A stretch of DNA of 64,000 nt from Escherichia phage CJ20. The stretch is from sequence record MT533174.1, one strand, 5' to 3'. The notes beneath the pieces are model-generated. The model was given only the letters and a program-made list of their open reading frames with translations. It ran no database searches and had not been told where the DNA came from. Shown piece by piece: positions 1 through 7,083 of this stretch. A program made the position numbers and the translations under genes. The first letter of the stretch is position 1. Every line of letters starts with the position of its first letter.

Positions 1-236
1 TTTAAAGACATTGCAGTTGGTGAAAAATTTGTCCTGGGTAATGGTCAACAACTGATTCGCATTTCGCCTTTAATGGATTCAAATGAACATCCTGTGCGCA
101 CTGAAAACTGTTTGGATTATCCTTTTTATCAGAAGCGTTTTGCAATTGAAAATAATACTGAGTGCTTCACAGTTGATGAACTGATGGAATCATCAGAAGA
201 AGTTGACTTGTGGGATGGTGTGGTAGACCCTGAATA
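1..236 (+). CDS. hypothetical protein, 3' fragment entering from upstream of window
   Basis: Open frame from window edge to TAA at 234-236; next gene follows after GAGGAAAA RBS. Confidence 0.35.
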
Positions 237-252
237 AACTGAGGAAAATATT

Positions 253-597
253 ATGTCTAAAGTATTTTTTGGTAATGCTAAAGTTATGTTCTTTAAACAG
301 ATTAGCCTTCAGGAGGCGTCGGAGGCATTCAATCAAAGTATGATTCCTGACGTACATCCAAAAGTTATGACGAGTGCTGATTTCGTTTTCGTCCAAGACC
401 CGGAAACAGGCTTTTATCGGTTCATTAAATTTCGTATGAGTATGGAGCCAGGTTATCATAGTGCTTACTACGTGAGTTATGAAAATGTTATCAAAGAATT
501 GCGTAATACCTATAAGCGCGCTTTGACCCCGCTGAATAAGGTGTATAATGCTTCCTTTTATACGAGCGGATTTATTTTAGAACAACTTCAAAAATAG
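253..597 (+). CDS. hypothetical early protein (114 aa)
   Basis: ATG preceded by GAGGAAAA RBS; compact spacing with neighbours; no recognisable motif. Confidence 0.5.
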   Translation: MSKVFFGNAKVMFFKQISLQEASEAFNQSMIPDVHPKVMTSADFVFVQDPETGFYRFIKFRMSMEPGYHSAYYVSYENVIKELRNTYKRALTPLNKVYNASFYTSGFILEQLQK

Positions 598-626
598 TGT
601 ACATACTCTTGGGGTCAGAGTATAAT
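597..626 (+). promoter_or_regulatory. T4-type early promoter (-35 GTGTACA 597-603, 17 bp spacer, -10 TATAAT 621-626)
   Basis: Matches T-even early consensus GTTTAC-N17-TATAAT; -10 sits in loop of inverted repeat GGGGTCA/TGACCCC. Confidence 0.6.
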
Positions 627-670
627 GACCCCACTGGAGCACAAAACTTTAACTTACTGAGGAAATTAAT

Positions 671-1120
671 ATGACTACTTACATGACCCGTCGTGACGTA
701 CTGAATGCTGGCGCTACCACTGTTGCTCACATCCATAATGGCAATTATGTTGCAGGGCGTCCAACTAAAGAAGCTATCGCCCAACCAGGTTTTTATTTCG
801 TGGTCAAAGGTGAAGGCGAATCGCGTATTGTTGCCGCACGTTTTTATGTTGGTAACCAACGTTCACAACAAGGGTTTGACACTGTATTAAGTCACATCCG
901 CAAACAGCGTTCACAACTGTCACGCACAATGGCGAACAATGGTGTTATCTATGAAGTCCTGTTTGTTCCAGTTTCTAAAATGAAACCCCTGACAACTGGT
1001 TATGGTAAAGGTCAAATTGCGATGGCGTTCACTCGCTCACATAGTTCTGATTGCCAGACCCTTTCAGAAATGAATCGCATGCTTGCTGATAACTTTAAAT
1101 TCATTCTGCAGAGCTATTAA
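671..1120 (+). CDS. ndd: nucleoid disruption protein Ndd-like (149 aa)
   Basis: Size and position immediately upstream of stp/ac/gene 52 as in T4; C-terminal [10 protein letters not shown] motif recalled from T4 Ndd. Confidence 0.6.
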   Translation: MTTYMTRRDVLNAGATTVAHIHNGNYVAGRPTKEAIAQPGFYFVVKGEGESRIVAARFYVGNQRSQQGFDTVLSHIRKQRSQLSRTMANNGVIYEVLFVPVSKMKPLTTGYGKGQIAMAFTRSHSSDCQTLSEMNRMLADNFKFILQSY

Positions 1121-1121
1121 T

Positions 1122-1202
1122 ATGAGTAATTTCCATAACGAACATGTGATGCAATGGCATCGTCATAATCTTAAATTAACTGGCGTCTTTGGACGCCCTT
1201 GA
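1122..1202 (+). CDS. stp: Stp peptide (26 aa), activator of host PrrC anticodon nuclease
   Basis: 26-codon [29 protein letters not shown] closely resembles recalled T4 Stp; lies between ndd and ac as in T4. Confidence 0.6.
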   Translation: MSNFHNEHVMQWHRHNLKLTGVFGRP

Positions 1203-1209
1203 GGAAAAT

Positions 1210-1374
1210 ATGACATCAGTTTTTACTTTTATCTGGCTCGTAGCTGTTATCGTTGCTGTGACTCTTTTTGCTACAGGTGTATGGGTCCCAAGTACTCTTT
1301 TTGCAGGATTTATTTGCACATGGTTTGTACTGGATGCCTTAGTTAAATTTCTGGAATCAGCGGTTAATAAATGA
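1210..1374 (+). CDS. ac: small membrane protein, Ac-like (54 aa)
   Basis: ATG after GAGGAAAAT RBS; single hydrophobic helix; position between stp and gene 52. Confidence 0.45.
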   Translation: MTSVFTFIWLVAVIVAVTLFATGVWVPSTLFAGFICTWFVLDALVKFLESAVNK

Positions 1375-1511
1375 TTAAACAAATCTTGGGCTACTCGTTA
1401 GCCCTTGCTACCTTATTGGTAGCGCTGTATTATGGAGTTATGTTTGCATTAGTGCAGGTTGTGCTTTTTATTTCTGATGCTATAATGGCAGTACATTCAC
1501 TGATATGGTAA
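1371..1511 (+). CDS. small hydrophobic protein (46 aa)
   Basis: ATGA start/stop overlap with preceding ORF; predicted TM helix; ends 4 nt before gene 52. Confidence 0.3.
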   Translation: MIKQILGYSLALATLLVALYYGVMFALVQVVLFISDAIMAVHSLIW

Positions 1512-1515
1512 AAAT

Positions 1516-2847
1516 ATGCAACTGAATAAACGTGATTTAAAAGACATTATTGACGTGGAAGCATTGTCATATGCTATCTACACTGTGGAAGGTCGTGCAA
1601 TCCCAAACATGATTGATGGTTTTAAACCAGTTCACAGATTTGTTATGGCGAGAGCATTAGACCTGGCGCGTGGTGATAAGAATAAATTCCATAAGGTTGC
1701 ATCCATCGCCGGCGGCGTGGCTGATTATGGTTATCACCATGGCGAAGCATCAGCGGAAGAAGCAACTTCTGGTCTGGTCGCAACATATAAAAATGAATAC
1801 CCCATGTTTGATGGGCAAGGCAACTTTGGTTCCAGAATGGTGCCAGAAGCATCATCAGCTCGTTATGTATTCGCAAGGGTTTCAAAGAACTTTTATAACT
1901 TGTTTAAGGATACAGAATATGCTCCGGTCCATCCTGATGAAGAACATAAGCCTCCTGCTTTTTATCTTCCTGTTATTCCTACTGTATTACTTAACGCCAC
2001 TTCTGGGATTGCTGTTGGCTTCGCTACTGATATTCTTCCTCATTCGTTCCAGGACGTCAAGGAAGCTGTTAAAGCTATCGTGGAAGGTCGTGAGCCGGTT
2101 GCTCCGAAAGTAAAATATCCAGAATTCCGTGGTGAAGTTGTTGAGCTGGAAGAGCCTGGTAAGTATGAGCTTCATGGCACGTACAAAATGACTTCCAGAA
2201 CTCAAATGGAAATTACTGAAATTCCAGTCCAATGGAACCTGGAAAAGTATACAAGTAAAATCCTGGACCCACTGGAAGAGAAAGGTTTTATCACCTGGAA
2301 AGATAACTGTGGCGAGCATGGTTTTGGGTTTAAGATTAAATTCCGCAAAGAATACAAGCTGGATGGTACTGAAGAAGAGAATCATGAGAAAATCATGAAA
2401 GACTTCGGTCTGATTGAGAAGCTCTCCCAGAACTTAACAGTGCTTAATCACAAAGGTAAACTGGCTGAATACACCAACACGCTTGACCTGATTCGCGATT
2501 TCGTTGATGTCCGTAAGACTTATGTCCAAGTGCGAATTGATAGTAAGATTAAAGAAACTGAAGCAGCATTTAAACTGGCCCGGGCGAAAGTTTTCTTTAT
2601 TAAAGAAGTGATTGACGGCAAGGTTGTTATCCAGGGGAAACCTCGTAAGAAGTTGATTGAGGAGCTCCAGGCAAGCGAAATATATGGTGAGTTTGCAGAG
2701 AAGTTAGTGGCGATGAACATCTACCATATGACCTCTGATGAAGCCAAGAAGCTTGCAGACGAAGCAAAGGCTAAGAAAGCTGAGCATGAGTACTGGAAGG
2801 CAACTGATGTTAAAACTGAATACCTTAATGACTTGGAGGCTCTATGA
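1516..2847 (+). CDS. 52: DNA topoisomerase II medium subunit (GyrA-like cleavage-religation subunit), 443 aa
   Basis: N-terminal GyrA-like region (IPNMIDGFKPVHRFV, NFGS); size matches T4 gp52 (442 aa). Confidence 0.9.
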   Translation: MQLNKRDLKDIIDVEALSYAIYTVEGRAIPNMIDGFKPVHRFVMARALDLARGDKNKFHKVASIAGGVADYGYHHGEASAEEATSGLVATYKNEYPMFDGQGNFGSRMVPEASSARYVFARVSKNFYNLFKDTEYAPVHPDEEHKPPAFYLPVIPTVLLNATSGIAVGFATDILPHSFQDVKEAVKAIVEGREPVAPKVKYPEFRGEVVELEEPGKYELHGTYKMTSRTQMEITEIPVQWNLEKYTSKILDPLEEKGFITWKDNCGEHGFGFKIKFRKEYKLDGTEEENHEKIMKDFGLIEKLSQNLTVLNHKGKLAEYTNTLDLIRDFVDVRKTYVQVRIDSKIKETEAAFKLARAKVFFIKEVIDGKVVIQGKPRKKLIEELQASEIYGEFAEKLVAMNIYHMTSDEAKKLADEAKAKKAEHEYWKATDVKTEYLNDLEAL

Positions 2848-2933
2848 GCATAGAAAATGAATACGCAGTGATTTGTGCTGCTGTAGCTGGCCTGTTGATT
2901 GCCTGGGTTATTGGCAAAGTGATTGATTCTTAA
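2844..2933 (+). CDS. small hydrophobic peptide (29 aa)
   Basis: ATGA overlap with gene 52 stop; single TM-like segment; below ORF-track cutoff. Confidence 0.25.
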   Translation: MSIENEYAVICAAVAGLLIAWVIGKVIDS

Positions 2934-2935
2934 AA

Positions 2936-2965
2936 ACTAGGACCCTTCGGGGTCCTTTTTATTTT
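2936..2965 (+). terminator. rho-independent terminator (GGACCC-UUCG-GGGUCC + U-run)
   Basis: GC stem with UUCG tetraloop followed by T-run downstream of gene 52. Confidence 0.7.
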
Positions 2966-2973
2966 AAAAAGTA

Positions 2974-3003
2974 GTGTACAATCCCCTTGACCTGATGCAT
3001 AAT
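2974..3003 (+). promoter_or_regulatory. T4-type early promoter (-35 GTGTACA, -10 CATAAT) with conserved leader
   Basis: GTGTACA-N17-CATAAT followed by conserved GATTCCATACTGAGTTAC leader shared with other copies. Confidence 0.6.
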
Positions 3004-3052
3004 GATTCCATACTGAGTTACAAACTGAATCACAAAAACTTTGGAGAATAAA

Positions 3053-3268
3053 ATGTTTACTGCACAACAGAATGAAGGTCAAGAATACATTAACGCTAAA
3101 TTCAAATCTAATAAAGAAGCTTGCTATTATTACTTTGACATGTTCAAACTGGCGAATTCTAAAGAAGAACGTAAACAAGCGATTGATGTTATTGTTTCTA
3201 CTTCCCATATGAAGCGTACTGTGGTACAATCATATGCATCCAATTACATGAAATCTATTAAGGGATAA
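3053..3268 (+). CDS. hypothetical small protein (71 aa)
   Basis: ATG with GGAGAATAAA RBS downstream of early promoter; ORF-track start at 3041 uses TTG. Confidence 0.4.
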   Translation: MFTAQQNEGQEYINAKFKSNKEACYYYFDMFKLANSKEERKQAIDVIVSTSHMKRTVVQSYASNYMKSIKG

Positions 3269-3270
3269 TT

Positions 3271-3879
3271 ATGAACAAGTTAAATTATATCGTTAAATGC
3301 TCCCAGAACGCTCTACACGAGACTGATGTCAATGCTCTGGTGTTTGTATACAAAAACAACTTTGTTCGTCCAGAGGTTGTTTTAGACCAGCAGAACACAT
3401 CAATTGATAGCGTACAGACATTGTTGAATAACAACTATGTTGAAGCTTCTGGTGATGGTTTGATGGTTACAGAAAAAGGTGTTGACCTTATTCTGGATGC
3501 GGCTGAACTTTGGGCAAATGAAAATAATCCTGACCTTCTGGAAGTAAAGAAGACAAGAACAAAACGCGGTGTGACTGATGAAATGGAAGCGACTGCAGAA
3601 TATATCAAAGAGCAATTGTTGTCCATTGGTATTGACTTTAAGAGCATTTCAGAAGACCGCAGTAATTTGATTGTGAAGTTCAAGCGTGTCAAGACATTAA
3701 AACAGATTGATGTGCGACGTGATGGTCAGATTCGCGTGCATGCGTATAATACTGAACAAAAGATAGTAAAACAGTTTACAGACGTGGGATTTAGCGTTAA
3801 AGTAGGTGGATTGAATACCTACATTGACAATCATATGTCAACTGAAAACATTCAACATGTTATTAACATCTTAAAGTGA
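3271..3879 (+). CDS. motA: middle transcription activator MotA-like (202 aa)
   Basis: Shares SGDGL(I/M)xT and KQFTDVGxS motifs with recalled T4 MotA; position next to gene 52. Confidence 0.6.
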   Translation: MNKLNYIVKCSQNALHETDVNALVFVYKNNFVRPEVVLDQQNTSIDSVQTLLNNNYVEASGDGLMVTEKGVDLILDAAELWANENNPDLLEVKKTRTKRGVTDEMEATAEYIKEQLLSIGIDFKSISEDRSNLIVKFKRVKTLKQIDVRRDGQIRVHAYNTEQKIVKQFTDVGFSVKVGGLNTYIDNHMSTENIQHVINILK

Positions 3880-3886
3880 GGAAATT

Positions 3887-4231
3887 ATGAATAAGCTGAA
3901 TATTGTTAATGAATTGCGTGCTTGTGTAGAACCTACTCAAGAGGGTTGGGATGTTTGGTATCATGGCGCTTATCTTGGAACTATTATCAAGGTCAAAGCT
4001 GGGTTATATTTAATCATTCGTGAAAATTCTGAATTCCCTAATGGAGTAGCTCCTGGTGGTATTCGCAAGAACTTCATGGCGGCAATTGGTGCCTTTGTTC
4101 CAGCAGCATATGAAGTATATAAAGCTGACTACAAAGAATACCAGGAATCACAACCAGTTATTCGCTCAATTGGTGTTAATAAAGCACAACAGAAAAGTCT
4201 GTGGCAACGTGTTAAAGGTTGGTTCAAATGA
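3887..4231 (+). CDS. hypothetical protein (114 aa)
   Basis: Tightly packed early ORF with RBS; no recognisable domain. Confidence 0.5.
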   Translation: MNKLNIVNELRACVEPTQEGWDVWYHGAYLGTIIKVKAGLYLIIRENSEFPNGVAPGGIRKNFMAAIGAFVPAAYEVYKADYKEYQESQPVIRSIGVNKAQQKSLWQRVKGWFK

Positions 4232-4716
4232 ATCCATTAAAAGGTAAAGAATTATCCTTTAAAGACCGTATGGCCTTATTGGATAAAGCTCTTTCTCGTG
4301 AAACTCCTGAAAGTCTCGCTGCTAAACTACAGGCATATGGTGATTACACTGAATATACAGAAGAGGATGTTTTAGAAGAGGTTCCTGAAATCTGTTGGCA
4401 GATTGCTCATTGGAACAACAATGAAAAATATCAGCGACGGATTGTGTGTGCTGCCAACCGCTTTAAGTTAAAAGATGGTGGGACTCTGGTTATTCCTGGT
4501 GCCAGACATTATTCCAAGGATATGGCAGAAGTGCTTGACCAGGTAAGTGATAAACTCGTGTCAGACCATGTTTGTGGTGACGACCAAGGATTTATTGACC
4601 AATACAGCAATTACTGGACCCGCGAAGAAGCAATGATTATTGCGACTTATGCAAATCAGGTGCGCATTGAACGTGGTGGCAGTGAGAAAGAACTTTATTC
4701 AGAGGACCTTTACTAA
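4228..4716 (+). CDS. hypothetical protein (162 aa)
   Basis: ATGA overlap with upstream ORF; in-frame with track ORF 4219-4716. Confidence 0.5.
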   Translation: MNPLKGKELSFKDRMALLDKALSRETPESLAAKLQAYGDYTEYTEEDVLEEVPEICWQIAHWNNNEKYQRRIVCAANRFKLKDGGTLVIPGARHYSKDMAEVLDQVSDKLVSDHVCGDDQGFIDQYSNYWTREEAMIIATYANQVRIERGGSEKELYSEDLY

Positions 4717-4994
4717 TGAACCTTAAACAACTCCAAATTGATGCGATTGAAAACCATATTAATCATATCAAACGTCTGAATACCATGATGGAAGAAAACT
4801 GGGGAACTTATGTTAACCAACCAGCTTGGGATGCCCTAGACCATGAATATATAAAGGATATTAGTGATAACACATATAGAGTTAGAGAAGGTCTGAAGCC
4901 CTTCCTGCGTGATATGTATATTGCGACTAATAAAGAAATTATTAGCTCTCTTGAATACCAATTAAGGAAATTGCATGAACAACCTGGTAGCTAA
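4716..4994 (+). CDS. hypothetical protein (92 aa); size and position compatible with Arn
   Basis: TAATG overlap with upstream ORF; 92 aa lying between motA and asiA; assignment by position only. Confidence 0.4.
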   Translation: MNLKQLQIDAIENHINHIKRLNTMMEENWGTYVNQPAWDALDHEYIKDISDNTYRVREGLKPFLRDMYIATNKEIISSLEYQLRKLHEQPGS

Positions 4995-5094
4995 ACACGA
5001 TTTCAATAAGGCGTCTGTCCATAAGGATAAGAAGAAAACCGAAATGCAGTCCAAACGCAAGCAGAAGCACAAGGAGAATCACTATGAGTCATAA
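4975..5094 (+). CDS. small lysine-rich basic peptide (39 aa)
   Basis: ATG-initiated ORF overlapping end of previous gene; very basic composition; may be non-coding. Confidence 0.2.
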   Translation: MNNLVAKHDFNKASVHKDKKKTEMQSKRKQKHKENHYES

Positions 5095-5248
5095 CTTAGA
5101 GAACACCATCACTGGTCAGCGTACACGCGAGCAGGCTTGCTTTGAGGAATTCCTTGGAGCTGATTTTAAGTTCCAGGAACCAGTTGAACAGTTGTATCAG
5201 GAATATGTTGTACAGATGGAAAATCATGTGTACAACCCAGAGGAATAA
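5084..5248 (+). CDS. small hypothetical protein (54 aa)
   Basis: ATG-initiated ORF filling gap before asiA. Confidence 0.25.
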   Translation: MSHNLENTITGQRTREQACFEEFLGADFKFQEPVEQLYQEYVVQMENHVYNPEE

Positions 5249-5306
5249 TAGTACAATATCCCTACTGAATAATTGAATGTCTTATTGAATACTTGAGTAA
5301 ATTAAA

Positions 5307-5582
5307 ATGACTAAATTTGAAATCGTTTCTGAAATTGTTACTGTAACTTCAATTTTGATTAAAACCGACCGGGAAGATATTACGATGAAGCGTGATGTGT
5401 TTATCGCGTTTTTGAATGAGTTGGGATTGAGGAATGAGAATGGTAATGAGTTAAACAATGTATCGTTTAACAAGTTGTTTAAAAGTTTATCTGAAGATGA
5501 AATTGAACAAATCATTGAACAATTTAACGAAGGATTCGAAGATATACACCGTTATCTTATGATGTATACCTCCGGATTCTAA
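5307..5582 (+). CDS. asiA: anti-sigma70 factor AsiA (91 aa)
   Basis: Strong similarity to recalled T4 AsiA (VTVTSILIK, FIAFLNE, NEGFE, YRYLxMYT). Confidence 0.8.
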   Translation: MTKFEIVSEIVTVTSILIKTDREDITMKRDVFIAFLNELGLRNENGNELNNVSFNKLFKSLSEDEIEQIIEQFNEGFEDIHRYLMMYTSGF

Positions 5583-6232
5583 CGTGTACGCCCGAGCGTA
5601 CGACCTGCTTGTCCACACATAGCAGAAAGCCTATCAAAACTAAGGTCGGGTTTTTGCTTATACCAGTACAACGAGACTGTGCCTGCGTAAACGTTTTCCA
5701 AATTAAAGAATGGGCAGCTGAACATATATTCGAAGCTGCTTTTTTTCTTTGTTGGTAAGAATACAGATTCCGTGCCGGATTCAAAATAATTACCATTAAC
5801 CCCCGCCAAATATTCTGCTGAAGTTTTATCTATTGGAAACCCACCCAAATTTTTTTCATCAACTGATTCAGGCAATATCCCCTCATACCCCACCATATCC
5901 ACAAAGTAGTTAAGGTTAGTTGGTCTAAAGGAATATATCGCCGTGAAGTCAGCTCCGCTTGACGAGTGGACTATCTGGATTTGCTCGATAGCTGCAATTT
6001 TAAATCTGTTATCCTGGTCTTGCCTTATCATTTCTGTGTACGAGGCGTATGAAGCATCCCTGTACGCATCTAAAATTGCATCACCTTTATACCAGATTAC
6101 CGCCATTAAAAATAATAGAACAATAACTAGTACCCGGGAAAAAACAACTTTCCCGGTCGCATTATCTTTAAAAATTCTATCAAGAAGTCCAAAAAGTAGG
6201 TCTGATAATGAAAATCCTACTTTTGGTTCCAT
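5579..6232 (-). CDS. t: holin T (217 aa)
   Basis: Close match to recalled T4 holin T (SDLLFGLLDRIFKDNATGKV, NYFVDMVGYEG, DRLSAMCGQA); one N-terminal TM segment. Confidence 0.85.
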   Translation of the reverse strand: MEPKVGFSLSDLLFGLLDRIFKDNATGKVVFSRVLVIVLLFLMAVIWYKGDAILDAYRDASYASYTEMIRQDQDNRFKIAAIEQIQIVHSSSGADFTAIYSFRPTNLNYFVDMVGYEGILPESVDEKNLGGFPIDKTSAEYLAGVNGNYFESGTESVFLPTKKKSSFEYMFSCPFFNLENVYAGTVSLYWYKQKPDLSFDRLSAMCGQAGRTLGRTR

Positions 6233-6250
6233 ACTTTTCTCCTTTAAAGA

Positions 6251-6258
6251 TATTTATA
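6251..6258 (-). promoter_or_regulatory. late promoter TATAAATA for holin t
   Basis: TATAAATA on minus strand about 19 nt upstream of t start, with AAAGGAG RBS between. Confidence 0.55.
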
Positions 6259-6269
6259 ATACAGAAGTA

Positions 6270-7052
6270 TTACACACGGCTTCCGTGGATGGTTCCTACG
6301 TTCTGCCAAGAAGGAGCATTGCCTGTAACGGCTGCACCGCCGGCCCCACCGCCTGATGTTGAGACTTTCTTGCCCCAACCATTTCCCCCGGCAGCAGCTA
6401 CGTTACCACCATTACCGGCACCCCACTGTCCACCAGCGTTACCACCTGAACCAGCCGCAGTTAGAGACGCGTTACCACCCGGTTGATACCCAACGGAGCC
6501 ACCGAGTCCGAATGGACGGCCGCCACCACCACCACAGGTGGCATTAGTTGGCCATCTATTTTGCAATGATGCAGCGCCGCCGCCACCGCCGCCACCGGCG
6601 ATAGAACCATTATTACGAATACGGAGTTTAGTTCCGGCAGCGTTATGGATTGCTGTACCACCTGCTTGGCCTGCAGAACCATTGGTAGAACCGTTACCTC
6701 CTCGACCATAAACAGTTACACCGCTGTTAATAGTAAGCTGTATATACGCATTAGGTAAGTTGCTAGGGAATTCCAGGCAAGGGTTTCCTCTGCTGTTAGA
6801 TACTAAGTCACCAGTGATTGTAATAACCACTGGCGCACCACCTTGGGCTCTCATCCAGTTAATAAGGGAGTTTCTATCATAATTATGGTTGGCGCCTATA
6901 GATAGATAAATTTCTTTTGATTGTCCTGCCATCGAACCCATCCAACCCGGTACTGCAACTCGCACATCTCGCATTGCCGCATCCATCCAACGTTGTCCCG
7001 TTTCATCTACGGCAGATTGTCCAATCCAACCAGGAACACCTACAATTGCCAT
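6270..7052 (-). CDS. 38: long tail fibre adhesin gp38, T2-type glycine-rich receptor-recognition protein (260 aa)
   Basis: Multiple poly-Gly islands separating short variable segments; located directly downstream of gene 37. Confidence 0.75.
   Translation of the reverse strand: MAIVGVPGWIGQSAVDETGQRWMDAAMRDVRVAVPGWMGSMAGQSKEIYLSIGANHNYDRNSLINWMRAQGGAPVVITITGDLVSNSRGNPCLEFPSNLPNAYIQLTINSGVTVYGRGGNGSTNGSAGQAGGTAIHNAAGTKLRIRNNGSIAGGGGGGGAASLQNRWPTNATCGGGGGRPFGLGGSVGYQPGGNASLTAAGSGGNAGGQWGAGNGGNVAAAGGNGWGKKVSTSGGGAGGAAVTGNAPSWQNVGTIHGSRV
6330..6620. repeat. low-complexity GGN/CCN codon repeats (glycine islands of gp38)
   Basis: Runs of ccgccgccacc-type triplets on plus strand encoding Gly stretches on minus strand. 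Confidence 0.7.
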
Positions 7053-7063
7053 TAAAAATCCTT

Positions 7064-7081
7064 AGAGGGCCGAAGCCCTCT
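7064..7081 (-). promoter_or_regulatory. stem-loop between genes 37 and 38 (AGAGGGC-UUCG-GCCCUCU) just upstream of the gp38 RBS
   Basis: Perfect GC hairpin with UUCG loop in the 31 nt gap between gp37 stop and gp38 start. Confidence 0.5.
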
Positions 7082-7083
7082 TG

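Noticed and set aside
6208-6486. Pro-rich 92 aa ORF on the plus strand
   Set aside because: It lies antisense to the gp38 glycine islands; CCN codons are the complement of GGN, so the open frame is a by-product of the repeat.
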